From a virus (taxonomy: Duplodnaviria; Caudoviricetes): a DNA stretch of 60,373 bases. Of this stretch, positions 10,001 to 17,323 are shown in pieces. Position numbers and translations under genes: made by a program. The stretch spans positions 1-60,373 of IMG/VR virus record IMGVR_UViG_3300018418_000019. One strand, 5' to 3'. A model generated the notes under the pieces. It ran no database searches and was not told where the DNA came from. It was given only the letters and a program-made list of their open reading frames with translations. How positions within the stretch are numbered: position 1 is the stretch's first letter; each line of letters begins with the position of its first letter.

Positions 10001-11333
10001 CGACAGCTTCGATGAAATCAACTGGGAGGAACAGGCCGCACGGCCCAATCTCGACGCGCTTAGTTACGCAGACTCTATGGTTACCAAAGACCAGGCGGCA
10101 TCAACACCACGTCAAGCGGCAGATATATACAAAGACACCTCTGGGACTATGAGCGCGGTGGTGGCCTTGGTGCGTAACATCATCCTTGCCTTCTCTCGAT
10201 TTGCAATCAACAAGAAGCGAAGCGTGTACTCAGACTTTGAGAAGATTCGTACAGGTACAGCGGTAAAGGAGGGGACTGTTGCTATGGCTGGCCACATGGC
10301 TGAGCTTGCCACGTTCCACGCTGTCGGAAAGATTCTTATCCCAGCAATCGCATCCATGTTTGTTGATGAGGAGGAGGAGGAATCTGAGTACAGAAAGAGT
10401 CCGTGGCTCGACATTGGGGGAGGAGTTCTTACTGACATGAATCCACTGCCACCGTTGGGATACCTTGAGGATGTGGTAAAAGAGATGACCAACAAGTATT
10501 TGTTGTTCCCAATCTCAGAGGGTATGGACGGCATCCCTTCATTCCTTGAGGGCGAAGGCTATGATGACAGATACGAAAGATGGAAGAACACATCTGCCAC
10601 CATCCCAACATACAGCAGTAACCCTGAACTCTCTGCAAGCGGATTACTTAAGGTGGCAATGGGCCCATACGGAGAGTTCGTCACCGACGCTGGCAACACA
10701 TTGAGAAACCTCATGGAAGACGGCAACAAGGTGTACTCTTCTACAGGCAAAGAATACTTTGTCAGACCAGAAGACAAGGACCAGATGGACATGTTCTTTG
10801 CTATGAAGTTCTTGATGGCTATGGGCCAGATGGCTGGGTTCTCCTCCAAGGAGATTGACATCGTCGCAAGAAGACTCGATGACCTCCCACGCGAAAGGTC
10901 ACTTGGTTCCGAAGAGGAGCTAGCTGCATACGAGATGATTGCTAAGTCTGTGTTCAAGGATGACGCAGACTTCCTTGCTACCCTTGAAGATGGCAGTGGT
11001 ATTGAAAGGTTCCAAAGAATCCTTATCGAGAAGCTGGACTACTCACCATACGACGCTGAGAAGGCGGCTTCGAAGTTCCAGAAAGGAGCTAAGGCTGCAG
11101 CTATTGAGCTGTCTATGCGAGACATGGACGGGTATGCACAACACATCCGAGACATCCGCGTTATCTTTAAGAACGCAGGCGACGCAAAGGATTACTTTGC
11201 CATGGTCAACAGAAGAAAGGACTCTATGGACGCAACTGAGTTTGCTGAGTTCAAGAATCTTGCTGACTTCTACATGGCGGGCATGCGTAGCGGAACCCTT
11301 GAAGAGAGCATGTTCTACAATCTAACAGAATGA
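1017..11333 (+). CDS. Giant (3438 aa) polyvalent / ejected virion protein with zincin HExxH peptidase and GNAT-like modules
   Basis: Gly/Ala-rich hydrophobic helical N-terminal region (EGVTEG...GALAG). YHEGYH motif at 3558-3575. GNAT-like block FFDAYATDLERQYVENGWKPVARVKFNPEFAPEGW. Long helical C-terminal region. Located before the lysis genes. Confidence 0.7.
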   Translation: METKEQFLARYYAAAEAGASKAELQAMIDEFQSMAATAPQEDSKKKDETSPLEPASEVDFTDSSSGLATPAQQDEDDSGASASTPVTFDPYQTYNFGGQQIPGADAQLVYDYGQVYGSERQSFIQNNFDLARYYSANGMAADAERVRQLSPEQLELERGSVLDGINSLIDDDINSGYIELGKGLDGAPDQGEYNQVNSLLAGGAKGSLYSGYGKDGGLFDGFVSDPDPLGLYAAEDPRDSMSLEEREDDFADRFGDWHKRNLGNKTFSYVNSQVEPTASEKYAQFLGQELSVEQRRAIEQNLYRNYNIAADLTGEGYVNESGRGWLGVTDVFGPGFQRGMLQAWDGIATSVENVLGGDEEDQAYRQQRIKEIGQEMAVATKNLEQKLAENDIEGYFTDTLGQFGASLPMMGAAMITGAVTRNPRASMAAVSVFGAATVYSENRENEWFQNLSSAEQVGFVASSGIAEGLPAMVAANILSGGGVAGAVAKRLSGRVAKNQVAKYTSGLLTGMGLGAIEEGVTEGITAAWQYNAMIDAKRRGGEAVDWDYNEFISQVKQGALAGMAMGGGLAGVGNVTRTVATKGLDMLRTTAKINELKKQFTQAESKAERASIGRRIVDAIDAHTKLFDRRQQLMEYLAETNPETFQRLVDIHNKVEILAEQYTRADSNGRRKITKEVRELLQERGTIEGEMDSMLQTDGKLESRILAKEGRKAGNKRRNYGGLFQEGRGKVTVTAGNLDSVSKLISRLTSLDVLPHTTLDGEGKTKSITTGERIVKGMQNAMNVVRGLASLGDVAIDMYRDYDTYIADLMEEGGMTREEAVNAAGRGMWTGSGQIKLFLPSLLENTAYHEGYHDFVLQTIGTKAAVGLAKKLFQALPDNLSKRYSQFLTSYGDGRGNLTSSLDDKSLTEQQKVQVADEFLTELLADITAGNISIDIQKSVIRQFMEFLAPHLGRIGVRGIPDAKIDNVVSAIQQMTQEFSEGRRLEGQRKLNEAVIRAGYAGMATKIGIAADEDSDEGFDESKSQAMDAGDSKIEATIIFKVGKTRVSGRYPVTRVFNNEQHLENFIKWMEKNKGWESDEIYIKEGTYRGVDYKRKDAVQSQQPRPRTKVQATEQDVYSVQAWDYEAFAKNMAKALQLMKESGVNLGIQVTPLTAEDVKKIADDGGAIFSTSDNKAGAYVKRDGYMGGLWKSPESSLSRVSKPLQDKRNSLAKNWGMKSGFFDAYATDLERQYVENGWKPVARVKFNPEFAPEGWNEEGSPLMEQPDVVFFVEGEGKVGDGKMYDDYMEAYSSAETMAKGEKPKAQALPNPELQENAEVSIEEASGITPSQREQRRTEIKLPESQRQVRNNVILGVLNKYELGEITQEDYLRAVRENMPIKAFEVVPEIPTVLDIASALDANKVDKGIIGVNKEVEDGYYVGLRLDIPAYDNYDTWVVSVHQGKKAEARSPFLGGKSIGYGQTAVITNATFDSTPTAALNIARGTAKTTIARMFGDWRNENPEATRQRAVDIMNGPDYNSDYKEIGKMEGWVQVGMNPFRHSWFYDKRDGRPLAEASEIIQVGALVLAKDAVKISESDPRFEAKSKVGGKAIKFQRPGSDVTDPVSLVKSQKIGIFDLKYAASTTQMEDWLKSGIVRQEDMSILEGRDVLSHSPDNMMVGSVSVDGRVLVNNGGGLFYSANSGDVWAVAGESAGNNMANELNELLKKSPDGKAYLLLISGSRQKHRSSTNGVMSMASIGFELVNQGIITKTELKNVLKQTIAETEQLSVQKQIAANEARVKKGKEPNPIKNGTTKLSSMGGTIEALFERFFVEFASPYKSTFEQRREFVDKFATNIGNAVAVKSKESAQEKKRIIDSYERVFGFRPNANQFGSTLKNFFFDFFQEKILQGGQVNEIYGAIEVTSEVKLEKDPNPTASYPLKLVNTDPNAPRPRTIVFKTMRSAAGTLVTRGVNPANRGLEIGDMYINSKGERKLITPAAFEMMGGMGQATWGRMTVKSPVPIDTITRDILNMDESKPIGVRAKSQGNLMKLIADMVDPSIPTPSARVTKRGKLIIAPSKTELWNKRKKEVVDLLVASGMSKENAQALYANAKAYKEGRTAGRKLATKEAQSTLGKRNRELSTEAKALRKELDQLKNKAKTVEEFLSFAIKLVDERMKGKGQQPFGNADIQRLLKIVRQAHKSSAKRIAKEGEAEVMDTFIEKLIDIFDKQDAKAAMRDYLASISAARKLQKRLNNITKKRKKGEALKSVASYAKVLSRLADINPALLSPTDVKDFINTLNAAVQTVSKVKTSFSTEEQRIVAEAPARRSVETLSALADKFKAMEELGRNAVMVAKAKALAEKNGTTFEEEYSALLKAEGLRKVSGTRKAILKFIEDNPNLGLDPANPADVEYVLQQLAENKALLEEQSKEAIITDVLLPQIAFNLDKLLEDRHIAEILGLYDAAKFNVSELVARLSKLDKIHLANLEFKLDDYLMNDSVMGLGYLAARVRGRIEMADAIKGELTSKGIKAGARPILSLLDTADSFIRLVFKTDNKTIAKIRRLIGFADMERAFAKADMIHAMTVEAISEEIDRIEKEGGSVKTVADNAIMQLFSMARQMPVLEEGAPGQNEAEWYLALRDAMRRSIDHYRDQRELYSDEDIAQMEAAFEYLFAEKNLPDLIAKVQTERADLVQMVDFMTGVHSTLEDSFANYVERYLGKNLTRENNYTPFSVKVRVKNEAVDEGLQMRQAIMDSMRSSSLSNAKKVAGSSYERNPKSITGSGNIIGLDFIKINERTLRENTILSNTVGEVMALQSVFSSDEMSELISDDGVRQQLHSKLMQYITQDAGRAPFVFQSRFMIGGKKFRNPVKTIRNAVIVKAFGGVLTQTLKQSTVLISTMFNSKVPTQSIPYMIKTVGELFAFAVRNGLFKDSKIALEANGRYKLLQNSPVFSRDYQAGNIDPYTGAIDTETSWFVRTRDKLNDLALQNLKSTDKIAAIASWFTFYGDYLISEGLADSFDEINWEEQAARPNLDALSYADSMVTKDQAASTPRQAADIYKDTSGTMSAVVALVRNIILAFSRFAINKKRSVYSDFEKIRTGTAVKEGTVAMAGHMAELATFHAVGKILIPAIASMFVDEEEEESEYRKSPWLDIGGGVLTDMNPLPPLGYLEDVVKEMTNKYLLFPISEGMDGIPSFLEGEGYDDRYERWKNTSATIPTYSSNPELSASGLLKVAMGPYGEFVTDAGNTLRNLMEDGNKVYSSTGKEYFVRPEDKDQMDMFFAMKFLMAMGQMAGFSSKEIDIVARRLDDLPRERSLGSEEELAAYEMIAKSVFKDDADFLATLEDGSGIERFQRILIEKLDYSPYDAEKAASKFQKGAKAAAIELSMRDMDGYAQHIRDIRVIFKNAGDAKDYFAMVNRRKDSMDATEFAEFKNLADFYMAGMRSGTLEESMFYNLTE

Positions 11334-11797
11334 AATTAGAAGTATTAAGAATCAGCAGCCAGGGGGACTCAACCTCTGGAGTTTTGTTTGATATAACCAA
11401 CGGCAGGGAGTTCCTGTGTTACACATTAGAAGATGAAAAAAGAATTGACAAAGTTGATGGAGAAACTCGTATCCCCGCTGGAACGTATCGAGTTACGCTA
11501 CGAACAGTTGGCGGCTTTCACAGCAGATATGCCCATCGTTTTCAGGATATTCACAAAGGCATGCTCTGGGTTCGTGACGTACCTAATTTTGAGTACGTAC
11601 TTATTCATTGTGGCAATACTGATGAGCACACTGCTGGTTGCCTTCTCGTTGGCGAAACTCAGGAAAGTAATATCAAAAAGGGCGACGGGTTTATTGGACG
11701 CAGCACGCAAGCGTACTTCGAAATTTATCCAAGGATTGCGCGTGCTATTGAATCTAACCAAGAAGTAACCATAACATACATAGATTACGATGGCTGA
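11330..11797 (+). CDS. DUF5675-family protein, putative endolysin (L,D-transpeptidase-like)
   Basis: Motifs CYTLED, ETRIPAGTY, VPNFEYVLIHCGNTDEHTAGCLLVG; adjacent to a holin-like gene. Confidence 0.75.
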   Translation: MKLEVLRISSQGDSTSGVLFDITNGREFLCYTLEDEKRIDKVDGETRIPAGTYRVTLRTVGGFHSRYAHRFQDIHKGMLWVRDVPNFEYVLIHCGNTDEHTAGCLLVGETQESNIKKGDGFIGRSTQAYFEIYPRIARAIESNQEVTITYIDYDG

Positions 11798-12227
11798 ATC
11801 AAGGAAGATAAGAGACACAAAGCTCGGTCTCTGGATTAAGGAGAAAGCTCCAGATGTTCTAGACACCGTAGGTGACCTGCTTCCAGACAGCGGTGGACTG
11901 GGGATTGTAAAGAATCTATTGAGCGGCATGGAGGGTATGGACCCTGCTGAGGTTCAGGCTCGCGTCGATGCCGAGATACAGTTTCAGAACAACGTAACCG
12001 AAAGGTGGAAGGCGGACATGGGTAGTGACATCAAGCTCGCAAAGTACATAAGACCAGTGACTTTGATATGTTTGATGTGCATGTTTATGGTGACCATGGT
12101 GCTTGACTCACTTGATTACCTGCCCTTTAACGTCAAAGAGAGTTACGTATCTTTGCTGGAGATACTTATGTTAACGGCGTTCGGTGCTTATTTCGCTGGC
12201 AGAACCATTGAGAAATCAAAGAAATAA
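11790..12227 (+). CDS. Putative holin (GTA 3TM-holin-like)
   Basis: RWKADMGSD...K.IRP motif, two C-terminal TM segments, FGAYFAGRTIEK ending. Confidence 0.75.
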   Translation: MAESRKIRDTKLGLWIKEKAPDVLDTVGDLLPDSGGLGIVKNLLSGMEGMDPAEVQARVDAEIQFQNNVTERWKADMGSDIKLAKYIRPVTLICLMCMFMVTMVLDSLDYLPFNVKESYVSLLEILMLTAFGAYFAGRTIEKSKK

Positions 12228-12355
12228 TGGAGGAAGATTTTGACATCAGCTTTCTTGACCAAGACAAGCTCAAAAAACAAGAGCAGAAGATTGAGTCTGG
12301 TGAGGTGACATGCAACATTGAGAATCCAGAGGACTGCGAAGCATGCGGAAGCTAA
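12227..12355 (+). CDS. 42-aa acidic peptide ending CNIENPEDCEACGS (not in ORF track)
   Basis: ATG overlaps the holin stop (TAATG). Translates MEEDFDISFLDQDKLKKQEQKIESGEVTCNIENPEDCEACGS; TAA at 12353-12355. Confidence 0.7.
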   Translation: MEEDFDISFLDQDKLKKQEQKIESGEVTCNIENPEDCEACGS

Positions 12356-12412
12356 AACAATGGGGTAAGAAAATAATCTGGGCCTGGATAGAGTTCAGTA
12401 AAGTGTTTTGAC

Positions 12413-12796
12413 ATGCCACTAAGGGATAAGAAAGGACTGGCCAGAGCTAAGGCCATCATGAAGTACACTGACTCAGAAAGCAATGAGCTTATGATTGGTG
12501 TATTGCACATGTCCATCCTTCCCTTCGCCATGTTCGAGCTAGGAAAGCCATGGATGATGTTGCAGATTGCGGCTCATCTAGCTGGCGGTTTTCAGGTCTA
12601 CTGTGCTCTATGGGACGGCAGGTTATTTATGCGTAAACTTGCAGTTCAAATTGCATCCATCATTTCAATAGCCACAGTCGCTAACTACACGACGGCTGGT
12701 ATGATGCACGGCTCACATTTAGGGTGGCTCCTAATATGTGGGATGAGCATCTGGAATTTGTATCGTGTTACAAACGAAGAAATGTATAAGAGGTGA
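12413..12796 (+). CDS. Multi-pass membrane protein in lysis region
   Basis: About four hydrophobic segments; its stop overlaps the next start. Confidence 0.6.
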   Translation: MPLRDKKGLARAKAIMKYTDSESNELMIGVLHMSILPFAMFELGKPWMMLQIAAHLAGGFQVYCALWDGRLFMRKLAVQIASIISIATVANYTTAGMMHGSHLGWLLICGMSIWNLYRVTNEEMYKR

Positions 12797-13092
12797 TTGA
12801 CGCCCAGACTATTATCACAATCGTAACTGTGCTAGGTTCCGCTGGTGCGTGGCAGTTCTATCAGTCGCGCATGAAGCTCAAGCATCAGGAGCGAAAAGAA
12901 GATAAGGGAGAGCAGACGCTCTTCCGCGATGATTTAAGAGAGCGCGTCGCCGTCCTTGAGCAGAAGCTTGAGGAGTCATACGAGGAAAAAGCAAAAGTGC
13001 AACGGGAACTCACAGAAGTTCTCCAGACCCTTGCAGAATACAAGGTTCGGCTGGAGTTCCTAGAGAAAGAGAACGATAGACTTCGGGGTTAA
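12793..13092 (+). CDS. N-terminally anchored coiled-coil protein (holin/spanin-like accessory)
   Basis: N-terminal hydrophobic helix followed by charged heptad repeats. Confidence 0.55.
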   Translation: MIDAQTIITIVTVLGSAGAWQFYQSRMKLKHQERKEDKGEQTLFRDDLRERVAVLEQKLEESYEEKAKVQRELTEVLQTLAEYKVRLEFLEKENDRLRG

Positions 13093-14102
13093 CGGAACAC
13101 CGTTACGTTTCCTGCTGTATCAATCACCTTGGTGGACTCAAATGTCTTGGCCTTGAGTGCCCACGTATACACTCCGTCTGGAACAAAAGCGTCGAGACGA
13201 TTGCCTATCCACTTATCGTTAGGGTCGAAGCTCGCCCAGACGAGAGTACCCCATCTGTTGTAGATGCGAAGCTCCCATGTGAGCCAGCACTCAGGTCTAG
13301 TCACTGGTTTCCAGTAATCATTCAGGCCGTCGTTGTTGGGGCTGAAGGTGTTTGGGATGAACACGAGTGGGTCTCCACAGTCCTCACCAGCGGGTGAGTC
13401 ATAGATGCACTCCCCTTCAACCTCACAGTCTTCGCAGTAGTTAAGAGCCAGCGGGTCTTGGCACCCTTGATAGATACACGACCCGTCGTCTTGAGACGCA
13501 GCGAAGTTGTAGTTGTATGCGAACATGTCAGTACACCCGTACACGATGGGTGGTGGAGGTGGAGAGCACGCTCCGTTCAGGCTCCACATAATCCACGAGT
13601 TCATTACATCAGCGTCTGGATATGGGAAACCTCCTAGCCCAGCGTCTCCATCCAGAGCATCGGAGTCATTGATTTGCCAAACAGAAATGACCAAGCACTC
13701 CTCGTAGTACGCCCCACTCTGCATGATGTCTATCCAGCATGCAGCCGTACCGCTACCAAAGGCAGGGACTTCATCGAGTGCGAATGAAATCGTATCCCCC
13801 GTTTGAAGGATGTCGTCGCTACCCTGCCCAATGTCAAACCCAGGAAAGTCGAGAGGGAAGATAAGCAGCGCCCAGCCGTTCTCATAGATGCAAGGAAACT
13901 CACTGTCGTCCTCTAGTGCAGGATTAAAAGCCAGTCCAAGGAGGAACTCTCCGATAGAGTCGCCAGCCGCAGGAGTACAGTAGCCCCCATTGACAGCAAT
14001 CGTCATGTCAGTGGAGATAGGATTGAATCCAATAATCTCCATGTCACATATGCCCTGCCCCCAAGAAATTAGTGGGAGCAAAAACCAAATCAACCTTCTC
14101 AT
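13089..14102 (-). CDS. Secreted protein with T9SS type B C-terminal domain (gliding-motility-associated CTD) and GCTD...DDGSC repeats
   Basis: Signal-peptide-like MRRLIWFLLPLISWGQ; start 14102 is coupled to the upstream stop via ATGA. Contains YGCTDMFAYNYN...DDGSC repeats and C-terminal FIPNTFSPNNDGLNDYW...IYNRWG...W.G...VPDGVY.W...GNVTVFR. Confidence 0.9.
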   Translation of the reverse strand: MRRLIWFLLPLISWGQGICDMEIIGFNPISTDMTIAVNGGYCTPAAGDSIGEFLLGLAFNPALEDDSEFPCIYENGWALLIFPLDFPGFDIGQGSDDILQTGDTISFALDEVPAFGSGTAACWIDIMQSGAYYEECLVISVWQINDSDALDGDAGLGGFPYPDADVMNSWIMWSLNGACSPPPPPIVYGCTDMFAYNYNFAASQDDGSCIYQGCQDPLALNYCEDCEVEGECIYDSPAGEDCGDPLVFIPNTFSPNNDGLNDYWKPVTRPECWLTWELRIYNRWGTLVWASFDPNDKWIGNRLDAFVPDGVYTWALKAKTFESTKVIDTAGNVTVFR

Positions 14103-16006
14103 TGTACAAATACTTTTCTGGTTACGCGCTTCCAACGCAAGATGTATACGCCAGTAGCAAGCTGGTCAAAAGGCTTATCAATCTCCCTGCCAAGGATGTC
14201 GTAGATACGTGGTGGTCCTGATGGCCATGAGAACCCGTCGCTGTTCCCGACAACCAAGTCCTTGTATGTGCCGATACTGAAGTCCTGCTCGACTGGGCAC
14301 GCACCCTGCGATGCGAGCATTTCCAGAAGGTCAAAGACATTCACACTTCCATCGTTGTTGACGTCGTAGTCACAAACACCTTGACACCCATAGTTAGACA
14401 GCATAATGAGAACGTCGCCATTGCCTATGGTTCCGCTTCCATCGAAGTCCAATGGGCATTCGGGGAGGGTGTTGCAGAACGATGTCTCCCATACGTCGAA
14501 GCTCGCCCCAAACCCCGTCGTAAAAACCGTGTCGCTGCCTACGGTGGCCGTCATACCCTCACCGCCAAAGTCGCAGACCCCGTCGTTGCCGAAGTCAAAG
14601 GCGCAGAACCCGTCGCCATTGGAGTCTTCGATGACTACATCGTAGCAATCTTCGTAGATACAGATTTCATACTCGTAGGTGGCTACGCCAAGGGGGTAGT
14701 TGCCATCACCAATTAAGACTTCTCCCGAACTGTCGTAGATGACCCAGTCGGTCTCATTGGCCCAGTTGTCTGTTGACACTGTGATGCTCATTAGAGCCCC
14801 AGGTGTGGTCTCGATGGGCCAAGAGGCGTAGTCGTTCTCAAGATAATCGTTCTGAGCACCGACCACCTGAACCTCAAACATCTGAGCGCCATCGACATAC
14901 ACATCAGGGAAGAACACATCCTGACCAACACCAGGAACTAGGTCAAATACTGGGGCATCATACTGAATGCCGTTGCAGTACAGCTGCACATCCACCATGT
15001 CAATCATCTCGCTACCAAAGTTCTTGACCTGAATCCAGATGTCTTGGTTCGGAGTACACCACTGCTGTTGGTATGTTGCAAGCGTAGGTGCTGCGTCGTA
15101 CTGCATAGGTGGGATGCAGTTCATATTGTCTACAAGTCCAGTGCGTACAGTCTGAAGGCACTCGTGCATACGCTCTGACTGCCCCACAGTAAAGCTGTTT
15201 CTGCACGTCTCCTGTGTATAATCCATGAAGTTCTCTACCAGAGCATCAGGGCACGTAGGCAAACTACAGGATGTGTTTGACAGGGTGGGAGGGGTGTCGC
15301 AGACCTGGTCGCCCTGCGTCTCGCAGTTCGTCTCCTCGCAGTCGTCGCTGTTTGAGAAGGTGTGCCACAAGGATAGGTGGTGACCAACCTCGTGAACCCC
15401 CGTAAGCCCAAGCTCCCTTCCTGGCTTCTGTACCCCAACATTTCCTGTGGCATTGTATAGCACTACCACTCCATCACGGCAGTCTCCCGTAGGCCCGAGG
15501 TAGGCGAAGCCTTGGATGCCATTACCCCCGTTGTTGCCGTTGATTTCCGACACCACGTAGTAGTTGATGTACTCGCTAGGGTTCCAGCAACCTACAGCCT
15601 CCTTTAGGTCCTCTTGGTCCATAGCGTCAGGGTCGTTGCCATTGGAGATTCCCTCATACAAGTAGTCCTCCCAGATACTCCCGTCAAAGCGCGTGATGCC
15701 GTCGGTTGGATTGTCCCATGGGTCTCGCGCAGCCATACAGAATTGAATCTTGCTGTCGGCAAACTCTTCGTTGAGGACATCAAGCTGAGAGTATACCTGT
15801 GCGTCAGAGATGTTGTTCTCTTCTCCAGCCCCAGTGTGGACGATGTGAAACACAATAGGGATGGTCACTGTGTCTACATCAGCAAGGCTGGGATAGTCAC
15901 GCTCAACAAGGCCCATTGTTCTTACTCCGTCGGTAAGAAGAGAGCATTCTTGAGCCGTTACGTTGTTGATAATAAGCAGTGTTACTGCAAGCAAGAAGTA
16001 TCTCAT
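14099..16006 (-). CDS. M43 (pappalysin/ulilysin-like) zinc metalloprotease with dockerin-like pair and T9SS type A-like C-terminus
   Basis: Signal peptide; TIPIVFHIVH; zinc motif HEVGHHLSLWHTF; GDQVCDTPP; Met-turn NFMDY; FTVGQSERM; two DxDxxGxI/VxxxD motifs; C-terminus IYDILGREI...LATGVYILR...RKVFVQ. Confidence 0.9.
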   Translation of the reverse strand: MRYFLLAVTLLIINNVTAQECSLLTDGVRTMGLVERDYPSLADVDTVTIPIVFHIVHTGAGEENNISDAQVYSQLDVLNEEFADSKIQFCMAARDPWDNPTDGITRFDGSIWEDYLYEGISNGNDPDAMDQEDLKEAVGCWNPSEYINYYVVSEINGNNGGNGIQGFAYLGPTGDCRDGVVVLYNATGNVGVQKPGRELGLTGVHEVGHHLSLWHTFSNSDDCEETNCETQGDQVCDTPPTLSNTSCSLPTCPDALVENFMDYTQETCRNSFTVGQSERMHECLQTVRTGLVDNMNCIPPMQYDAAPTLATYQQQWCTPNQDIWIQVKNFGSEMIDMVDVQLYCNGIQYDAPVFDLVPGVGQDVFFPDVYVDGAQMFEVQVVGAQNDYLENDYASWPIETTPGALMSITVSTDNWANETDWVIYDSSGEVLIGDGNYPLGVATYEYEICIYEDCYDVVIEDSNGDGFCAFDFGNDGVCDFGGEGMTATVGSDTVFTTGFGASFDVWETSFCNTLPECPLDFDGSGTIGNGDVLIMLSNYGCQGVCDYDVNNDGSVNVFDLLEMLASQGACPVEQDFSIGTYKDLVVGNSDGFSWPSGPPRIYDILGREIDKPFDQLATGVYILRWKRVTRKVFVQ

Positions 16007-16025
16007 TAGTCAGTTGTTTAACATT

Positions 16026-16033
16026 GCAAGTTA
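16026..16033 (-). promoter_or_regulatory. Possible -7 promoter element (TAACTTGC) for the T9SS-cargo cassette
   Basis: Near-match to TAnnTTTG, between a terminator and the protease start. Confidence 0.45.
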
Positions 16034-16035
16034 CG

Positions 16036-16073
16036 AAAAGAAAAGAGGGGCATCTTATGTAGTCGCCCCTCCT
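16036..16073 (-). terminator. Rho-independent terminator ending the replication/nuclease operon
   Basis: Minus strand GAGGGGC-GACTACATAAGAT-GCCCCTC followed by TTTTCTTTT. Confidence 0.7.
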
Positions 16074-16099
16074 ATCCGAACCCGAGACGTAAATAATGG

Positions 16100-16591
16100 C
16101 TACGCAGTTCTGTATTTCCAGACCCTGAAAGATTCTATTGACCTCAGGTCATCAAGATAAATCTTAGTCACCACGTCTTTCCTATTGGCCCTTGTATACT
16201 TCTTCTTGTAGGCCATGTCCTTACTGTCAACGAGCACATCAGATATGTTTTCGTTACACCATTCAAGAAGCTTGTCTCTATTGACCACGCAGAACCCCCC
16301 TTCCTCTGGCATTTCAAATGCTATGATGCTTGCTCTACCACGCATCCACCCGTCTCTTCCATGAACATTCTTGAACTCGCACCATATCTCATCTGGAAGA
16401 TTGTTTCCCTTGACATCAACAGACCATGTCTTGTTGCCCATGGTCATGTGAAAGTCTATGTGATGGTGGATGTCTGAGCCCTTCGATGATTTTGCTACGT
16501 CAAAACCCAGTGCCTCCGCAGCCCGCTTAAATCTCACCTCAGAAACCCTGCCTGTTGTACTTGAGTAGTCTCTTCTTCTGCGTGAAATCAC
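16100..16591 (-). CDS. PD-(D/E)xK-family nuclease
   Basis: G..SE..F helix, HIDF, VDVKG, IWCEFKNV.G..GW pattern. Confidence 0.65.
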   Translation of the reverse strand: MISRRRRDYSSTTGRVSEVRFKRAAEALGFDVAKSSKGSDIHHHIDFHMTMGNKTWSVDVKGNNLPDEIWCEFKNVHGRDGWMRGRASIIAFEMPEEGGFCVVNRDKLLEWCNENISDVLVDSKDMAYKKKYTRANRKDVVTKIYLDDLRSIESFRVWKYRTA

Positions 16592-17121
16592 TTGTCGAAT
16601 GTTATCTTCTTTATGTATCCGTTAAACGCTTGGTCTGCTATGATGTCCCACTCAGGAGCAAGCCAGCCTTCTGCATTGTCATCACCAGATGTGCTGCATG
16701 GGGCGGTCCTGAACTTCTTGCCCTCGCACCACACAATCAGTGGCTCAAGGTAAAAGGTGTGAGCGTAATCGCCAATATGCCTACCGTCTGCATCAATGTT
16801 CTTCATGATATAGACGAAGATGTCTGCCTCTCCAAGCGAAGAGTATAGGCCACACTTCTCACCCCTTGTCTTTGACCAGTGTTCAAGGAAAAGGTTTGGG
16901 CAGTGCTGGTGCTCTTTCATGTGGTAGTAAACCCACGCCTTCTGGTCGTACTTAATCTCGAACCTAGTCCCGTTCTCAATCTCCAGGTCCCAGTACAAGT
17001 TCTTGCCCTGCCTCTGGTCGTCAGAGTTTATTACGGTGTGATTGTTGGACACGAGGTAATCCTCGAACATCATCTCACCCTCCTTGCCATACCCAAGAGC
17101 CCCCTTAAAATTCGGCTTCAT
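16588..17121 (-). CDS. PD-(D/E)xK-family nuclease
   Basis: GKEGE, WDLE, FEIKYD, NLFLE...GL.SS..AD pattern. Confidence 0.65.
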   Translation of the reverse strand: MKPNFKGALGYGKEGEMMFEDYLVSNNHTVINSDDQRQGKNLYWDLEIENGTRFEIKYDQKAWVYYHMKEHQHCPNLFLEHWSKTRGEKCGLYSSLGEADIFVYIMKNIDADGRHIGDYAHTFYLEPLIVWCEGKKFRTAPCSTSGDDNAEGWLAPEWDIIADQAFNGYIKKITFDK

Positions 17122-17323
17122 TGTGTTCTTCGCAAGCGGTGGTTATGGTATCAAGCTCTACAGATACGGTGTTCTTGAACGAGCGTACTAGGTCAAGCAC
17201 TCGCACCCAGTTGGTGTGCGGGTTGCCGCACTCTGTATGCAGTGCTTCGTACAGCTCGGTCGCTTCCCGCTGTATGCTTGAGGTTGATGTGAAATAAATT
17301 TCACTGAGAGTTTCTAATTTCAC
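17105..17323 (-). CDS. Hypothetical protein
   Basis: Fills the gap between two operon genes, overlapping both. Confidence 0.6.
   Translation of the reverse strand: MKLETLSEIYFTSTSSIQREATELYEALHTECGNPHTNWVRVLDLVRSFKNTVSVELDTITTACEEHNEAEF

Noticed and set aside
1017-11333. Giant ORF as crAss-type virion RNA polymerase
   Set aside because: I found no DFDGD/DFDID-type catalytic motif by eye; the only DxDxD noticed (DEDSD) is in an acidic linker. A structure search would be needed to exclude it fully.
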